From the NCBI GenBank assembly GCA_001724265.1, contig MEDY01000290.1, positions 1-50,516 of the forward strand: a stretch of 50,516 bases of DNA, given 5' to 3'. Of the stretch, positions 1-12,900 are shown piece after piece; the stretch's first letter is position 1; every line of letters starts with the position of its first letter. The stretch is from Rhizaria sp. SCN 62-66 (Eukaryota). Below the pieces are notes generated by a model, which worked only from the letters and a program-made list of their open reading frames with translations, made no database searches and was not told the origin of the DNA. The translations under genes and the position numbers were made by a program.

Positions 1-448
1 CGTTGTTGCCGCGATTGTCGTTGCTGAGACTGCTGCTGCCGCGTTCGTTGTTGCCGCGATTGTTGTTGCTGAGACTGCTGCTGCCGCGTTCGTTGTTGCC
101 GCGATTGTCGTTGCTGAGACTGCTGCTGCCGCGTTCGTTGTTGCCGCGATTGTTGTTGCTGAGACTGCTGCTGCTGATGAGACTGCTATTGTTATAAGTG
201 TTGTCACTATGGTTGTTATCGCGATTGTGAGCACCGTTTTTCCGATGACTTACATCAGTAAAGTTGTTGCTGCCTGCCGTTCTTGAACTCGCATCAATTG
301 TTTGGACAAGGCCGTGACCTTGGCTGTCGTTGATGATGCAAGCATTGGATCTGCTAACATCACAGGAGTTGCGAGTGGCAGCATTTTGGCGACCACTTGT
401 GTGTTGTTTCTCCACTGGCTGCAGTGATGATCCACTACCGAGGTTCAT
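1..448 (-). CDS. 5' part of an Asn/Ser-rich repeat protein, open to the left window edge (MNLGSGSSLQPVEKQ...SSSLSNNNRGNNERG...)
   Basis: Minus-strand frame from ATG at 448 has no stop down to base 1, so it is absent from the ORF track. Its N/S-rich composition matches inserts in other genes here. No recognisable domain; the start may lie in an upstream exon. Confidence 0.5.
   Translation of the reverse strand, partial: MNLGSGSSLQPVEKQHTSGRQNAATRNSCDVSRSNACIINDSQGHGLVQTIDASSRTAGSNNFTDVSHRKNGAHNRDNNHSDNTYNNSSLISSSSLSNNNRGNNERGSSSLSNDNRGNNERGSSSLSNNNRGNNERGSSSLSNDNRGNN
2..174. repeat. 45-bp tandem repeat, ~3.8 copies visible, alternating C/T variant giving a 90-bp higher-order unit
   Basis: Unit GTTGTTGCCGCGATTGTYGTTGCTGAGACTGCTGCTGCCGCGTTC at 2, 47, 92 and 137 (partial); Y = C,T,C,T. 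Confidence 0.95.
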
Positions 449-961
449 CTTGTGATCAACCCTTGGCTTGGCGGCTGGCTGTGAACGAGGAGGATTGGAG
501 AGACGGTTTCCGTGGTGAAGTTGTAGTTAGCAACAATGTGACAAATGATTTCGAATAAATCACCCATTTAAATTTAGTTCAAACAGTTTTGTTTGCACCG
601 CACGCAGCTGCACAGCGCAGAAGATGCCTCCTCAACGTACACCACTTAGGCGACAATTTCCTGGATCTATCGCCTGACTGTTGTGACCACAAAAGCTTAT
701 GCAAGGAGAGTGCGAAAATCGACCAGAACTAAAAGGATTACTTCGATAGTCAGCCAAGCCATTAGACTGGGCAGTCAAAAATGAAAGCGAGATGTACCCC
801 AGGGAAAGAGTTTTATGTCATGGAATATGTAATCATAATATGAATGTGTTTTTTACTTTTCTAATCCACTTACCATTTTTATATTAACGTTGTCTCCACG
901 TAGATTTCCACTTTTTTGAGCGTTCCTACTGTCGTTACCCTTGCACTTCGATTTTGAATCC

Positions 962-3900
962 ATGTCCTCCCGGCTGCCGCCCGCGCCGGCTCCTGGCGCG
1001 TCCACCGTCGTGCAAGCACAGTCCCGCGAGGTTGAGATTGCTGTTTCCCGCGTCATTTTCTACTTCCGCGATGACTTAAACGCAGTACGTTCCCTCTTTC
1101 AACCCACGTCCACGCCGAAGAGCCATCCCGTTCGCCCACTTTTTCTCACTGCTGACATTTTCGCCTTTTTGCTCGTGTCCTCGCAGCTCATCACCCAGAG
1201 CGCCCCGCCCGCGCCTGGTTCCTCATCCGCCGCGGCGACCGCGCTGTACGCGACCCTCGCCGGCGCCCCGTCGCTTCCCGCGGCCGTGACCGCGCGTCTG
1301 GAGCGGCTCGAGCGCGACCCGCTCGTCACGCCGCCGGTCTACGCGGCAGAGGTGCTGGCCACCGCGGAGCGCCTCCGCGCCGCGCACCTGCACTTGCCCG
1401 CGCTGCCCGTCTACGACCTCTTCTTCCGTCTTGCCGTCGCGGCCGATCCCAGCCTCGCTGCTGCAAACCACACGGACACAGCCACGGACTCCTCAGCCGC
1501 CGCTGCGTCCGCCGCTGCGTCCGCCGTCCTGGCCTCAGTCTCGGCGCTGCCGACGCCGGCCGTGTCCCCCGCGGCGGAGCGCGTGCTGGTGGCCACGCTG
1601 GGCCGCGCCGAGTGCCTCTCGACGCTCGCGCTCGCCGCCGACCCCTGGCTTCAGCGCCGCGCCACCGCGCGCGCCGTCCGCTCCGCGCTCCTCGCCGCGC
1701 ACGCCGCCGCGCAGCCCGTGGTGGCGGCCGTCGCCGCCGCGCCCGCAGCGCCGCCCGCGCTGCGGGTGCTCGAGGCGCAGGCCCACGCGCGCCTCCACGA
1801 CGCCGCCATCGCCGCGGCCTCGCTCTACTCGCACGTCGCCTCCGGGTCTGGCTCCGCCGCTGCCGCGTCTGCGACGTCTGCGGCGGAGGCAGACGCGGCG
1901 ATCGTGGCGCAGGCGGCGGCGGAGGCGGCGCGCGAGCTGGACACGTACCAGCGCACGCAGGCGCAGCTGTGGATTGTCGTCAACGCAATCGTGCACACGG
2001 CGCAGCTGGCCGAGACGCTCGCGTCGGCCGCGACCGCGGGCAGGGCTCACAACAACAACAGCTCGACATCTAGCAACAGCAGTAGCAGCAGCAGCTGCAG
2101 CAGTAAGGCGCTCGTCGTTGCCTCTGGCGATGGCAGTCACAATGTTGTTTCCGCTGCCACCGCCGGTGACCCCGCTAAGTCTGAAAGTGATGATGATTTG
2201 CAGCTCGCTCTGACGCACGTCACGTGGGCTATCCTTGTCGCCGAGACGCTGCTGCCCCTGACAACATCTAAATACCTCCCGCTGCGCTCGCGCCTTTACG
2301 TCACGGCCGCGGCCCTGTGCGAGCGCCGCGGCGACTGGGCCGCCGCGCACCGCGCCGCCGCGCGCGGCCTGACTACGCTCGAGCAGGCGCGCGCGCTAGA
2401 GGAGACGGACGCGCCCGTGCCGGCCGGCAACGCGCTGGCGCTGCGCCGCGCTGCGCTGGCGCTGCACAGCACCGTCTTCCGCGCCGCGGTGGCCACGGGC
2501 GCTCTCGCTGAGGAGCACGTCCTCGCGCCCGCGCTCAGCACCATCTTCGCCACGGACAGGGCCAAGATCGCCGCTCTCCTCACCGCTGCCGCCGCCGCCA
2601 CCACAGTCTCCAGCTCTAGCAGCTCCAGCTCCAGCGCGAGCGCGAGCTCTAGTGGTAGCGGCAGTGGCGGTGCGGTTGACGCCGTCGCGGCGGCCTCTGC
2701 GGTCATCGCCGGTTCGCGGCTGCGGCGTTCGCGTGCGCACGACGGCTACGACCACCTGGGCGTCGGCGTCGCGACCGTGGCCCAGCCATGGGGCTGCTGG
2801 CGGCCGTTGCCCGCCGCTGACGCCGACGCCGCGGTCGCCGCCATCTCCGCCGCGGCCGCCGAGGCGGCGGGCGCCGCGGCCGCCGCGACCGCCGCCGTGG
2901 CCGCTGCCTCCGCCGCCTCTGCCGCGTCAGGCGCAGACTTGGGCGCAGGCGGCGCTGGCGCTGGCGCGAAGCAGCAGCGGCCGGCCGCGGGCGCCGGCAC
3001 CGCCGGCTCTGCCTCGACCAGCGCCGCCGCCGCCGCTGCTGCTGCTGCTGCTGTTGGTGCGAGTGCGTCCGACGCTGCCACCGCCGCCGCTGGCGCGGGC
3101 AGCGAGCGTTACGCCACCGCCACGGTGCTTTCGCTGCCGCCATCGGCTTTCACCGCGCCCGCGCCCGCGCCCGCCGCCTCCGCGGCCGCGTCGTTGCCCG
3201 CGACTGAGGCCGCTGTGGTCTCGGGCTGGGCTTCGCTGTTCGCCGCGGGCGTCGCCGCCGTCGAGCCTTCTCTCGCGGCGCGCGCGGCCGCGTCCGCCGC
3301 GTCGCTGCCGCAGTTCCTCATCGCGCTGGCGTTTGAGCTGGCCGTGCCGCACGTCGACGCTGCCGCCGCGCCAGAGTCCGCTGTCGCCGGGGCCGTTGCC
3401 GCAGAGGCCAAGGCCGAGGCCGAGGCGGCGGCCGCGGTCGCGGCGGTTGCTGCCGCGGCGGCGTCGGTCAGCGCTGCCGCAGCTGCGGGCGAGGGCAGCG
3501 GCCCGCGCTCCTCCGCCTTGGTCTCCGCTGCCGCCGCCACCGCCGCCGCTGCTGCTGCTGGGAGCATGAGCCTGAACGCGTCTGGCCCCATCACTGCCCG
3601 TCCTGGCGCTGGTGCCGGCGCTAGCCGCGGCTCCGCCGCCGCTGCGGCGTCTGCGTCTGCCTCCGCTAGCGCAGCCAGCGCGGCTGCGGCTACGGCGGCT
3701 GCTGCCGCGGCGACCGCTGCGGCAACTGCTGCGGCCGCTGTCGCCGCGGCCGGCCCCGTATCTGTCGACGCCGCGACTGCGGCCGGTCTGGCTACCAGGT
3801 ACGAACACTTTCGCAATCATATATTAAAATCATTCAGTATTTAAGTAAGAAATGCTATTGTCTAGTCAGTAATAGAAATCCCGGACCCGGGATTTCTATT

Positions 3901-6900
3901 ACTGACTGTCTATTAATTTTCAATCTCTCATCTTTTAATATTTTTACATCGTGCCGATTTATTCCTGTTGTTGTTTCAGGTCCGCGCTGGAGCACGAAGC
4001 TTTGGGCTCGCGCCGCTCCCCTTGCGGCACGTGCTACGAAGAGTTCCCTCTGTTCATGCACTGCGACTTGGCCACGGCCGCGCTGGGCGCCGGCATGTGG
4101 GCGCACGCGCGCACGCTGCTGGCGCTGCTGAAGCTCCGTCTCGACGCCGCCTCGCCCGACTCACTTGACAGCAACAGCACCGCCGCGCTGACTGGCAGCG
4201 CCAACGCCGCCGTCGTCGGCGGTCTGGTCAACAAGGCGTCCGCGCAGCCGCTGTCTCCGCGCGCGCGCCCCGGGTCCAGCGCCTTCGCTTTCTCCGCGCC
4301 GCCCGCGCTCTACACGCCTGTGCTCTCGCACACCACGGCCGCGCTGGACGCGTCTGCTTCCTCTGCAGCGCTGACGGCGGCGCAGCAGACTCTGGCGTTG
4401 CTTTCGCACTCGCTGCACCTGTTCACGGTCTCCGCCGCGCCCGCCGCAGCTCCGCTGCCGCGCTCGCCGCTGGACGCCCCCACGGTGACGTTCGCCGCGC
4501 TGGCGCTGGCGCCCGCAGTGGAGGCGGCGGCCACGGACGCGCTTTCGGTCGCGGTCCACGCGGCCGCCGCCGGCGCGCATAGCAGCACCAGCAGTCATCA
4601 CAGCAACGCTGTTGTGCCCGCGTCGGGCTCGGCTGCGGGGAGCAGCAACAACAGCTCTAGCTCTGCTGTTGCTGCGGCCGCCGCTGCTGCTGCCGCCGCC
4701 GCTGCTGCCGAGGCCGCTGCCGCCGCTGCCCCCGGGGTCTTTGCCACGTGCGGCCAAACTTTTCCCGCGTGCAGCTTAACTTACCGCGCCGTGCTGACGA
4801 CCGCCGTGGCGGCGGCCGCCTCCGCGCCGTCGCTGCTGCTGCGGCCGACGCTGCCCGGCCTGGGCTTCGCGCTGGCGCTGCCGCAACACCGTGCGCTCGC
4901 GCTTGCGGTCAAGAGGCAGCTCGCGGCGGCCCCCGAAGTCGCCGTCGCGCTGGCCGCTGCCGCCGTGGTGCCCGCGGTGGACGCCGCAGCCAGCGCCAAC
5001 ACGGCCGCCGGCGTGGCCGCAATGGTCCAGGCGCGCATGCTCCCGCTGCCGGCCGCAGTCGTCGCCGCCGCCGCCGCGCCTGTGGCCGCGGCGATTCAGA
5101 ACGCCACTGCCGCCGCTGCTGCCGCCGCCGCTGCCGCCGCTGCTGCCGCGGCCGCCAGCGCCACCGCAGTCGTCTCCGCTGCCGGCTCCGGCTCCGGCTC
5201 TGGCTCTGGCCGTTCTGCTGCCGCCAACGCTGCCGCCGCCGCCGTGGGTGGTGTTGGGGGCAATGGCAAGCAGACCGCTGCCGCCGCCGCCGCCGCCGCC
5301 GCCGCTGCCGCCGCGAGCGCAGGCGCCGTCACCCCCGCGGCCGCCGCGGCCGCCTCCGTGCCCGGTCTGGCGTCGCTGCTGCTGTTCTCATCCAAGTCGA
5401 CGCTCGCCGCGTTCGCCGCGTCGCCCGCCGCGACGGCCGCGGCCCGCGCGCGGATGGTGCGGACGCACACGCGCCACCGCCTCGCTCTGTCGCTGCACCT
5501 GACGCAGCACTGCGGACTCGCGCTGGCGGCCGCGGGCGCAGAGGCGCCGCTGCTGCTCCCGCGCGGGCTGCTTCAGGCCGCCGCGCTCTGGCTCTGGCGC
5601 TTCCACGCGCAACGTGCGACCGCGGCCGCGCGCGCGGCGGGCGAGGTCTTCCCCGGCGTCGTTGACCTCGAGGGCGTCACCCCCGCCGAGACTGAGGCCG
5701 CCGCGGGCGTTGCGGCGCCGGCCTTTGCCGTGGACGACGCCGAGCTGCACGGCGGCCGTCTCACCGCCGCCCACGACAGTGACAACGGCGACGACTCTGA
5801 CTCCCGCAGCAGCAGCAGCAGCAATAGCGGCGCTGGCGGCGTCGTGGCGTTTGAGCACTCGCGCGCCGCCTCGGCCGCTGCGCTGCGCGGTGTTGTCTCC
5901 GCGCTGTCCGCGGCCGAGAGCGACGATGCCGAGCTGGTGGCCACCGCGGCGCTGGCACTGGCGGAGACGCTGATTGCGCGCGCGCGCTCCATCCGTCTCC
6001 GCGATGCCTTCAACACCACCAGCAGTACTTCACAGGAACATTCCTCAGCGCCGAACGCGGGTCATGTGCCCGCGGTCACTGTGACTGGGGCCGCTAACGC
6101 GAAGACCAAGTCGGCCGGTCTGCATTCGTTGGACGTCACCGGTAGCGACAGCGCCGCCGCTGCTCTGGGCACTCGCACCGCTTCTTCCGTGGTCGCGAGC
6201 AGCCCCCGTGCGTGCGGCCTGACGTTCGACGACGCGCCGGCCTCGTCCTCGGCGACCGCGAGCAGCGCCGGCTGCGGCTCGCGCCAGGCGGCGTCTCTGT
6301 TCGCCTCATACCAGCGCGTCGTCGGCGACCTCGAGGCCGCGTTGACCGCGCTCCAGTCTGCGACAGCCCTCGTCGTTCGCCGCCGCACTGCGCTCGCTCT
6401 CGACGCACTCACGTTGAGCGGCAATCACCGCAACACTGTGGCGGCGGCCTCGAAGGCGGACGTTGACGTGAGTGTGATTGGTAACGGTGGTGTTGTCCGC
6501 TGTCTCACGACGGACCCTCTCATTACTGTCGCTGCCAACGCTGCCAGCGCTAACAATAGCAACATCTCTGGCGTGACCGTGGGCGAGAGCACCCTGGCGT
6601 GCCTCCACCTCGACCTGCTGCGGCTTAACTTCCTCGCGACGCTGCTCCGCGGCCGCACCGAGCTCTCCTACGTGGCGCTCGGCCAGCACGCGCTCGCTGT
6701 CGAGCGCTACACCGCGTCGCTGGCGCGCGCCCCTTCCTTCGCCTTCGAGGCCCCGCCCGCGGCGCCCGCGGACCCCGCGTCGTGCCCGGCCGCCGAGGCC
6801 GCCGTGCGTGCCGCGGCGGGGGCGTCGCCCGTGGCGCGCGCCGTGGCCGAGGCCGCGATCGCGGTCTGCCGCGAGTCGCCCGCGCAGCAGGGCAAACTCA

Positions 6901-9900
6901 TGAAGGCAGCGGTTGCTGCGCTTAACAATAACAACAGTCTTGCTAGTGGCAACACCGACAACAATGTCACACGTGTTGATACGAACAGTGTATACACGCT
7001 TGCTGGACTTGTTCCTGCGACTGGTAGCAGTAACGGGCGTGTGAATGAGTACACCTATGACCCTGCTCAAAGCTTAGCCGCCTACAGCGCCGCCTGGACC
7101 GACATCGCCGCGCTTACCACCTTAAGCGGCTCTTTTGTCGGCTCCTCCAAGGGCGCCGCAAACTCCACCGCCGCCGCCGCCGCCGCGGCCGCGGCCGCCG
7201 CGACGGGCCCGCCCCCTCGCACTCCCGCCGAGGCCGTGGTTTACGCGCACAGCCACTCGCTGCCGCTGCCGCCGCTGCCGCCGCCGCTGCTCGTCTCGGT
7301 TACGCCCGGCGAGATCGTTGTGCGGCCTGTGCTGCCCGCAGTGCTCGTCGACGCGCTGGGCGTGCGCGGCGCGGTCGTCTTCGCCAAGGAGGCCGCCAGC
7401 GTCAGCGTCAACGCACCCTCGTCTTCGTCCGGCAGCACCGCCAGTGGCGCTGGTTCATCGAGCAGTAGCAAAACGAGCACCGCCGCGGTCGCGAGCCTGG
7501 GCGTGAGCGACGCGGACTGCGACGTGGTCAGTGTGCAGAGCACGCGCGTGCACGGCTGCGGTGTCGAGGCCATGCCGCAATACCGCCTCACTTTGCGCGT
7601 GCCCTACGCCAGCCTTCTAAGCACCTCCTTAGACGCAAACCCTAGCACGGCACCGCGCTTTTCGCTGCTGCCCGTGTGGGTCTGCGCGCCCATTACGCTC
7701 ACGAGGCTCTTGCCCAACACGGCCTACGTCTACGCGGCCGCCGCGGTATCCGCCACGGCGCACGGAGGTACGCTTTACCGTCTATCTTTGCATTTCGTTC
7801 ACTCATTTAATGATTATGTTTCTTGTTTATGTTTCTGTCGGATGTAGTTTTGTTAATTTCACAAATAACTTGACCGCTCACATAATTTATCTTGTGCTTT
7901 ATATCTTGCTTTCTTTCTCCACAGGTCTGTTCCCGTCCTCCACGACTGCTATCGGCCAAACGTCCCCCCGCGTTGTCACGGCTCTGCCGCTCCCGCGCTC
8001 CTACGCCGCCGCCGCGCTGGCCGCCACTGCGCGTAGGCTGCTTAACGGCGACGCTGCGGCTAAGGGCTCCTCCCAGCAGGGCCCTCACGCGGCGTCTAAG
8101 GGCTCCAAGTCTAAGGGCGCGCGTAAGAGCACCAGCTCCTCCGCCTCCGGCGCGGGCATCACCAAGCCCGGCGCCGCTGTGGTGTGCCTGTCGTCTCCGC
8201 TGCCGACGCTGCCCACGGACAGCAACGCGCTGCTCTCGGCCTGCTCCGATGCGCTCGACGTCGCGCTGCGCCCGCTCTTCGCGCAGTCTAAGTACCCTGA
8301 CTCCGGTGTAAGTGGCACTTCGAGCAGCCCCGCTGCAGTCGCGCTCGCAGCCCACAACGCCCTCACCAATCTCTCTCACAACAACAGCGGCAGCAGCGTT
8401 GACGTCGGCGCTGTGAGCGCTGCGATGACCGCGTCTTCCCCTCTGTTCACTCTGGCCTGCGGTAGCCCCATCCTGGCCACGTCCGCCGCGGTCTCGCTCT
8501 CAGACCGCCTCGCGCCCGCCGCGCTGGCCTCACTGGCCCCTCCGCAGCTGCTGGCTCTGGCGCGCGCGCTCACAGTCGCTGCCGACGTCGTGGCCCTCCG
8601 CCAGGCCGCCGCCGCGCCCGCGCTCGCGCGACACCTCCCCGCGCCGCTGCTCACGGTCACCGGCGTAACGCAGGTCGTGACGGGCCCACTGGACGGCGTC
8701 GGGGACATGCTCGCGCTCGCGCAGGCCCACGCCTCGGCCTCCGTGGCGGCGTCCTCGTCCGCGGCCTCAGCCTCCTCGTCCGCGGCGGCGGCGGCATCCG
8801 GCCCGAACGCCGTGGTGCTCTCCCTGGCGCCCGAGTCGCTGCTGACGCGCACGCTGGCCGTCGTGCGGCCGCTGCTGCTCGCGCTGCGCGTCGCGTGTCT
8901 GCTTTCTGATCCGCTGCCGCCGCTGCGCCTTGCGCTGCGCCTGTACGCGACCGTCGCGCCGCTGCTGCCGAGCCTCTGGGCCGTGCCCGCGCCCGGCGCG
9001 CTGGCGCCCGACGCCGCCGTTGCTGCGGCCGCGCTACTTGCGCCTGTGCTCGCGCCCTGCTTCGCCGCGGTGTGCCACGCGCGCGCCCTGCTGCCGCCGC
9101 ACCGCGCCCCGCTGCCGCTGGCGCGCCTCGCCGCGACGCTGGCATACCTCACGCTCGCCGCCGCCGCGCTATCTAACTCCAACGGCGACGCCGCCAACAG
9201 CGCTGCCGCGGGCGTCGTGGCGGAGACCGTGGCCGCGGCCGCCGCGCGCTCGCGCCCCGCCGCGTTGGCGCTGGCCCGCGCCGCGCGCGCGCACGCCGCC
9301 GCCGCCGCGACCGGCGATCGCCACCGCGCGCTGTTTGCGCTCCTGGCGCAGCGCCTCCACGCCGAGCGCGGCGCCGAGGCCGCCGCGGAAGACGCCGCCG
9401 CGACCGCCGCCGCCGCCACGGCCGCCGCCGCTGCTGCCGGTTCTGGCGGCAACTCTAGCGATGTGACGCCGAGCGTCAGCCGTCAGTCGTTGCTGTCCGT
9501 CCCTTCCAACGCGCGCGGCGCCGCCGGCAGCGGCGGCAAGGGCCAGGCCTCTGCGAGCGGCTTAGGTTCGCAGGGCGGCTTGACTTCCTCGCGCAGCGGC
9601 TCGCGCGGCCCGTCCCCAGCGCCGCATTCGCACAGCTCCGCCGCCGCCGCCGCCGCCGCCGCCGCGGCCGCTGCCGGCGCCGCTGCGGGCGCGACCAACG
9701 GCAACGTCGCCGCTCTGCTGCGCGCGTACCCCGCCGTCGCGCAGTATAACGCCGTGCAGTGCAGCAACGCTGATGCGGCGGCGCCGTCTCTGAGCGCGTT
9801 CGCCGAGTCGGCCGAGGCCGACTGCGCGCTCATCTCGCTGTTGCTGTCGTCGCCGACGCCCGCGCTGGCGGCCGCGGGCGCCGCGCTCGCCCGCAGGCAC

Positions 9901-12900
9901 CCCGCGCGCTGGGCCGCGCTCGCCGCCGAGGCCGGCGTGTGGGAGGACAAGTTAGGCCGCGTCGCCAACGCCGCCGCGCACGCCACCGCCACCGCCAACG
10001 TCGCTGCCGTGGCCGCTGCTGCCGCTGCTGCCGTTGCCAGCGCGACCGAGGCGGCTGCGACTGCCGCTGCTCCGTCTACCAGTGTGACCGCTGTGGGCGA
10101 GGACAGCGAGGCTGACCCCGACGCCGCCGCAGCCGCTGCCGCCGCTGCCGCCTCTAACTCGCCGGCCAGCGCCGTGTCGAGGCTGCTGAGCAGCGCGTCC
10201 CCCGTGGCGTTGCTGCTGCAGTCGCTAGCCGACGACGCCGCCGCCGAGGCCGCGCTGTCCGGCGCCGGCGCCGTTTCCGTCACCAAGCCCAGCAGCTTTG
10301 CTCTCACTGCGGTTGGCCTTGAGACTGCTGCTGCTGCTGCTGCTGCTGCTGGTGATGGTGGTAGTGAGAACGAGAGTGCGAGCGCTGCTCGTGTTGCTGC
10401 GAGCGAGAGCCATGCGCTCGAGGCGTTCCTGACCCCCGCGTCGTGGGTGCCGCGATGCCCACAGTCATTGCAGGACCCGCAGTCGCTGCAGCGCTCACAG
10501 TCACTTGGCAGTCCGGCTGCTGCAAGCACCAGCGCCGCCCCCGAGGCTGCCCCCGGCGCGATCACTTGCTCTGGCATGACCCCCCTCGCAATCGCCGCAG
10601 CCGCCGCGGTCGCCGCGGCCTCGACCGCTTATTGCCCCTTGACTACTCACCTCGCAGCGAGCGCGAGCACTTTCAACGCTTCACAGCCCGCCGCGAGCGC
10701 GAGCAGTGCTCCCGTTGTCTGCAGCGAGCTGCTCGACGCTGAGCTCACGGTCACGCTGCTGCTGGCCGGCCACGCGCTGCCAGCCGCGGTGGCCGCGACG
10801 CTCTCCGCCGCCGCGGCCGCCACGCCCGCCGCCGCCGCCGCGCTGTCGGCGCTGCTGTCCTTCAAGGGCGACGCCCCCTGGCAGTCCGCCTACGCCGCCG
10901 CCGCCGCTGCCGTTGCCTCCGCCGCGACCGCCAGCTCCGCTGGCGGCGCGAACATGGTCGGCAACGACGGTGAGGGTGACGGCGGCAACGCGCGCGCCTC
11001 TCTGTCCGCCGCCGCGCCCGCTCCTGTCGTCGCCGCCTCTGCTCCCGCCGGCGCACCTGCTGCAGTTGTCGGCACTGGCGCTGGCGCTGGCGTCGGCAGC
11101 GGTGCCGGCGGCAACAGCCGCGCCGCCGCGGCTGCGGCCGCCGCCGCGGCCGCCGCCGCGGCCGCCCGCGCGTTCGCGGTGCTCACGGTCATGTTCCCCG
11201 CGCACCCCCGCTTCCTGCCGCTGCTGGGCCGGATCGTCGAGGCCGCGCTGGACCAGGGCGCGGTGCTGCTCGCGATGCACATGCTCGCCGCCGCACCCGA
11301 CGTCGCGCTGACTCACCCCGCGCTGCTCGCAGCGAATGAGACCAAGGCCAAGGTTAAGGCCAAGGCCGCTGCGAGTAAGATGGCCAAGGGCGCTGCGGCC
11401 TCGACCACCGCTCTTGTGACCTATGGCGCGTTCTCTGATGGTGCCGAGTCCGACAGCACGGGTTCGAGCGGTAGCGAGTACGAGTCCGACTCCGAGGCCG
11501 AGTCTCCCGAGTCTACCACCAAGCGCGCCGGTACCACGTCTAAGTATCCCTTAGACGCCGACGCTGAGGCAGACGACGAAGACCTGCTGCTGTTGACTGA
11601 CGCTGCCGTTTCCGCCCGCGCCGCCGTGGCCGCTTCGGCCGCGGTCGTCGCGCTCGCTGCTTCTGAGGGCGCCAGTGAAGACCTCATCCACGAAGTCTTC
11701 AACACCGACGTCGCGCTCGAGCGCCGCGCCGCCGCCGCCGCCGCCGCCGCCACCGCGCGCGCCGCAGCTAAGGCGCGGGCCGAGGCAGCCGCGGCGGCCG
11801 CGGCCGAGGCGGCTGCGGCGGCGGCTGCTGCCGCGGCTGAGGCTGAGGCCGCTGCGGCCGCCTCTGGCGCCCGCGGCCGCCGCCCCCGCTCCTCTCTGAG
11901 TCCCCCGACCACCGCCTCTGCCGCCACTGCCGCCGCCAACGCGGCCGCCGTCGCCGCCGCCGCTGCCGCCGCCGCTGCTTCTGCTGCGCCCGCCGCCGCC
12001 GCCTCCGCCGCCGCCGCGCTCGCGCCGCTTCAGCCCCCGACCGCGGCGACCAGCGTGGACTTGCTTGCTCTGGCGAACTTAGAGGCTCTAAGGGCCCGCG
12101 CCATCTCCGCGTGGCGCGCGCTCAGGGTAAGTACCCGCGAGGCGCCCTTAGCCGCGGCCTCCCCGGCCTCAGTCGCCCTCGCGCGCACCCTTGCTGCCAC
12201 CAAGCTCGCCGGCGCCTCAACTTCCGCGCAGCCGGCTGCGTACAGCCACTTGCTGCCAGTCGCCGGCACCGTCGCGCCCGCGCTGTGGCAACTCTCCCTC
12301 GCGCTCGCGTCCCCGTCTACGTTCATCCACACCAACAGCACAACCGGCGGCGTGGGCGCGCTCGGCGCGGTCCGCGAGTGTCCCGCCGCCGCCGCGGCCC
12401 GCGTTCACCCCGCGCTGCTTTCCGCCTCGCTCACCGCTCCGCCCGCGGCGAATCCCGAAAGCTTTGTGACTACGACGGCCACGGTCCCCGCAGTGGCGAT
12501 GCACGCGCGCTTCGCCGCCGCCGCGGGCGCCCCCGCCGCGCACCTGGCCTTCGTGGCGGCGCTTGTGGCCGGGCTCGTGGCCGGCGCCGGCAGCGTGCCC
12601 GCGCCAGTCGCCGGCGCGCTCGGTGCGGCCAACGCCGCCACCCACGCCAACGCCGCGAGCAGCGCCAGCGGCGTCGCCAGCGCGATCAGCGCCGCGGGCG
12701 CGGGCGTCGGGGCCGAGGAGGAGGAGCTGCTGCGGCTGTGGATCGTCGCCGCCGTCGCCGAAGCCACCACCACGCTTGCTAACAACAGCAGCGCAACTGC
12801 CGGCGCCACAGCGAGCAACATTGCGCCGGCGCTGATGCGCAGCGGCACTCTGAGTGCGAGCGAGAGCGAGGTCGACCTCACCGCGAGCAGCAGCAGCAGC

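Noticed and set aside
2-174. CRISPR-like array, or the + strand Leu/Arg ORF 3-197
   Set aside because: Head-to-tail repeats without unique spacers in a eukaryotic context; the + ORF is a repeat shadow.
520-534. GTTGTAGTTAGCAAC as an RFX X-box upstream of the ciliary gene
   Set aside because: Imperfect match, and RFX control of ciliary genes is established mainly in animals; nothing supports it here.
7637-7645. AAACCCTAG telo-box or telomere-like word
   Set aside because: A single copy inside coding sequence; expected by chance.
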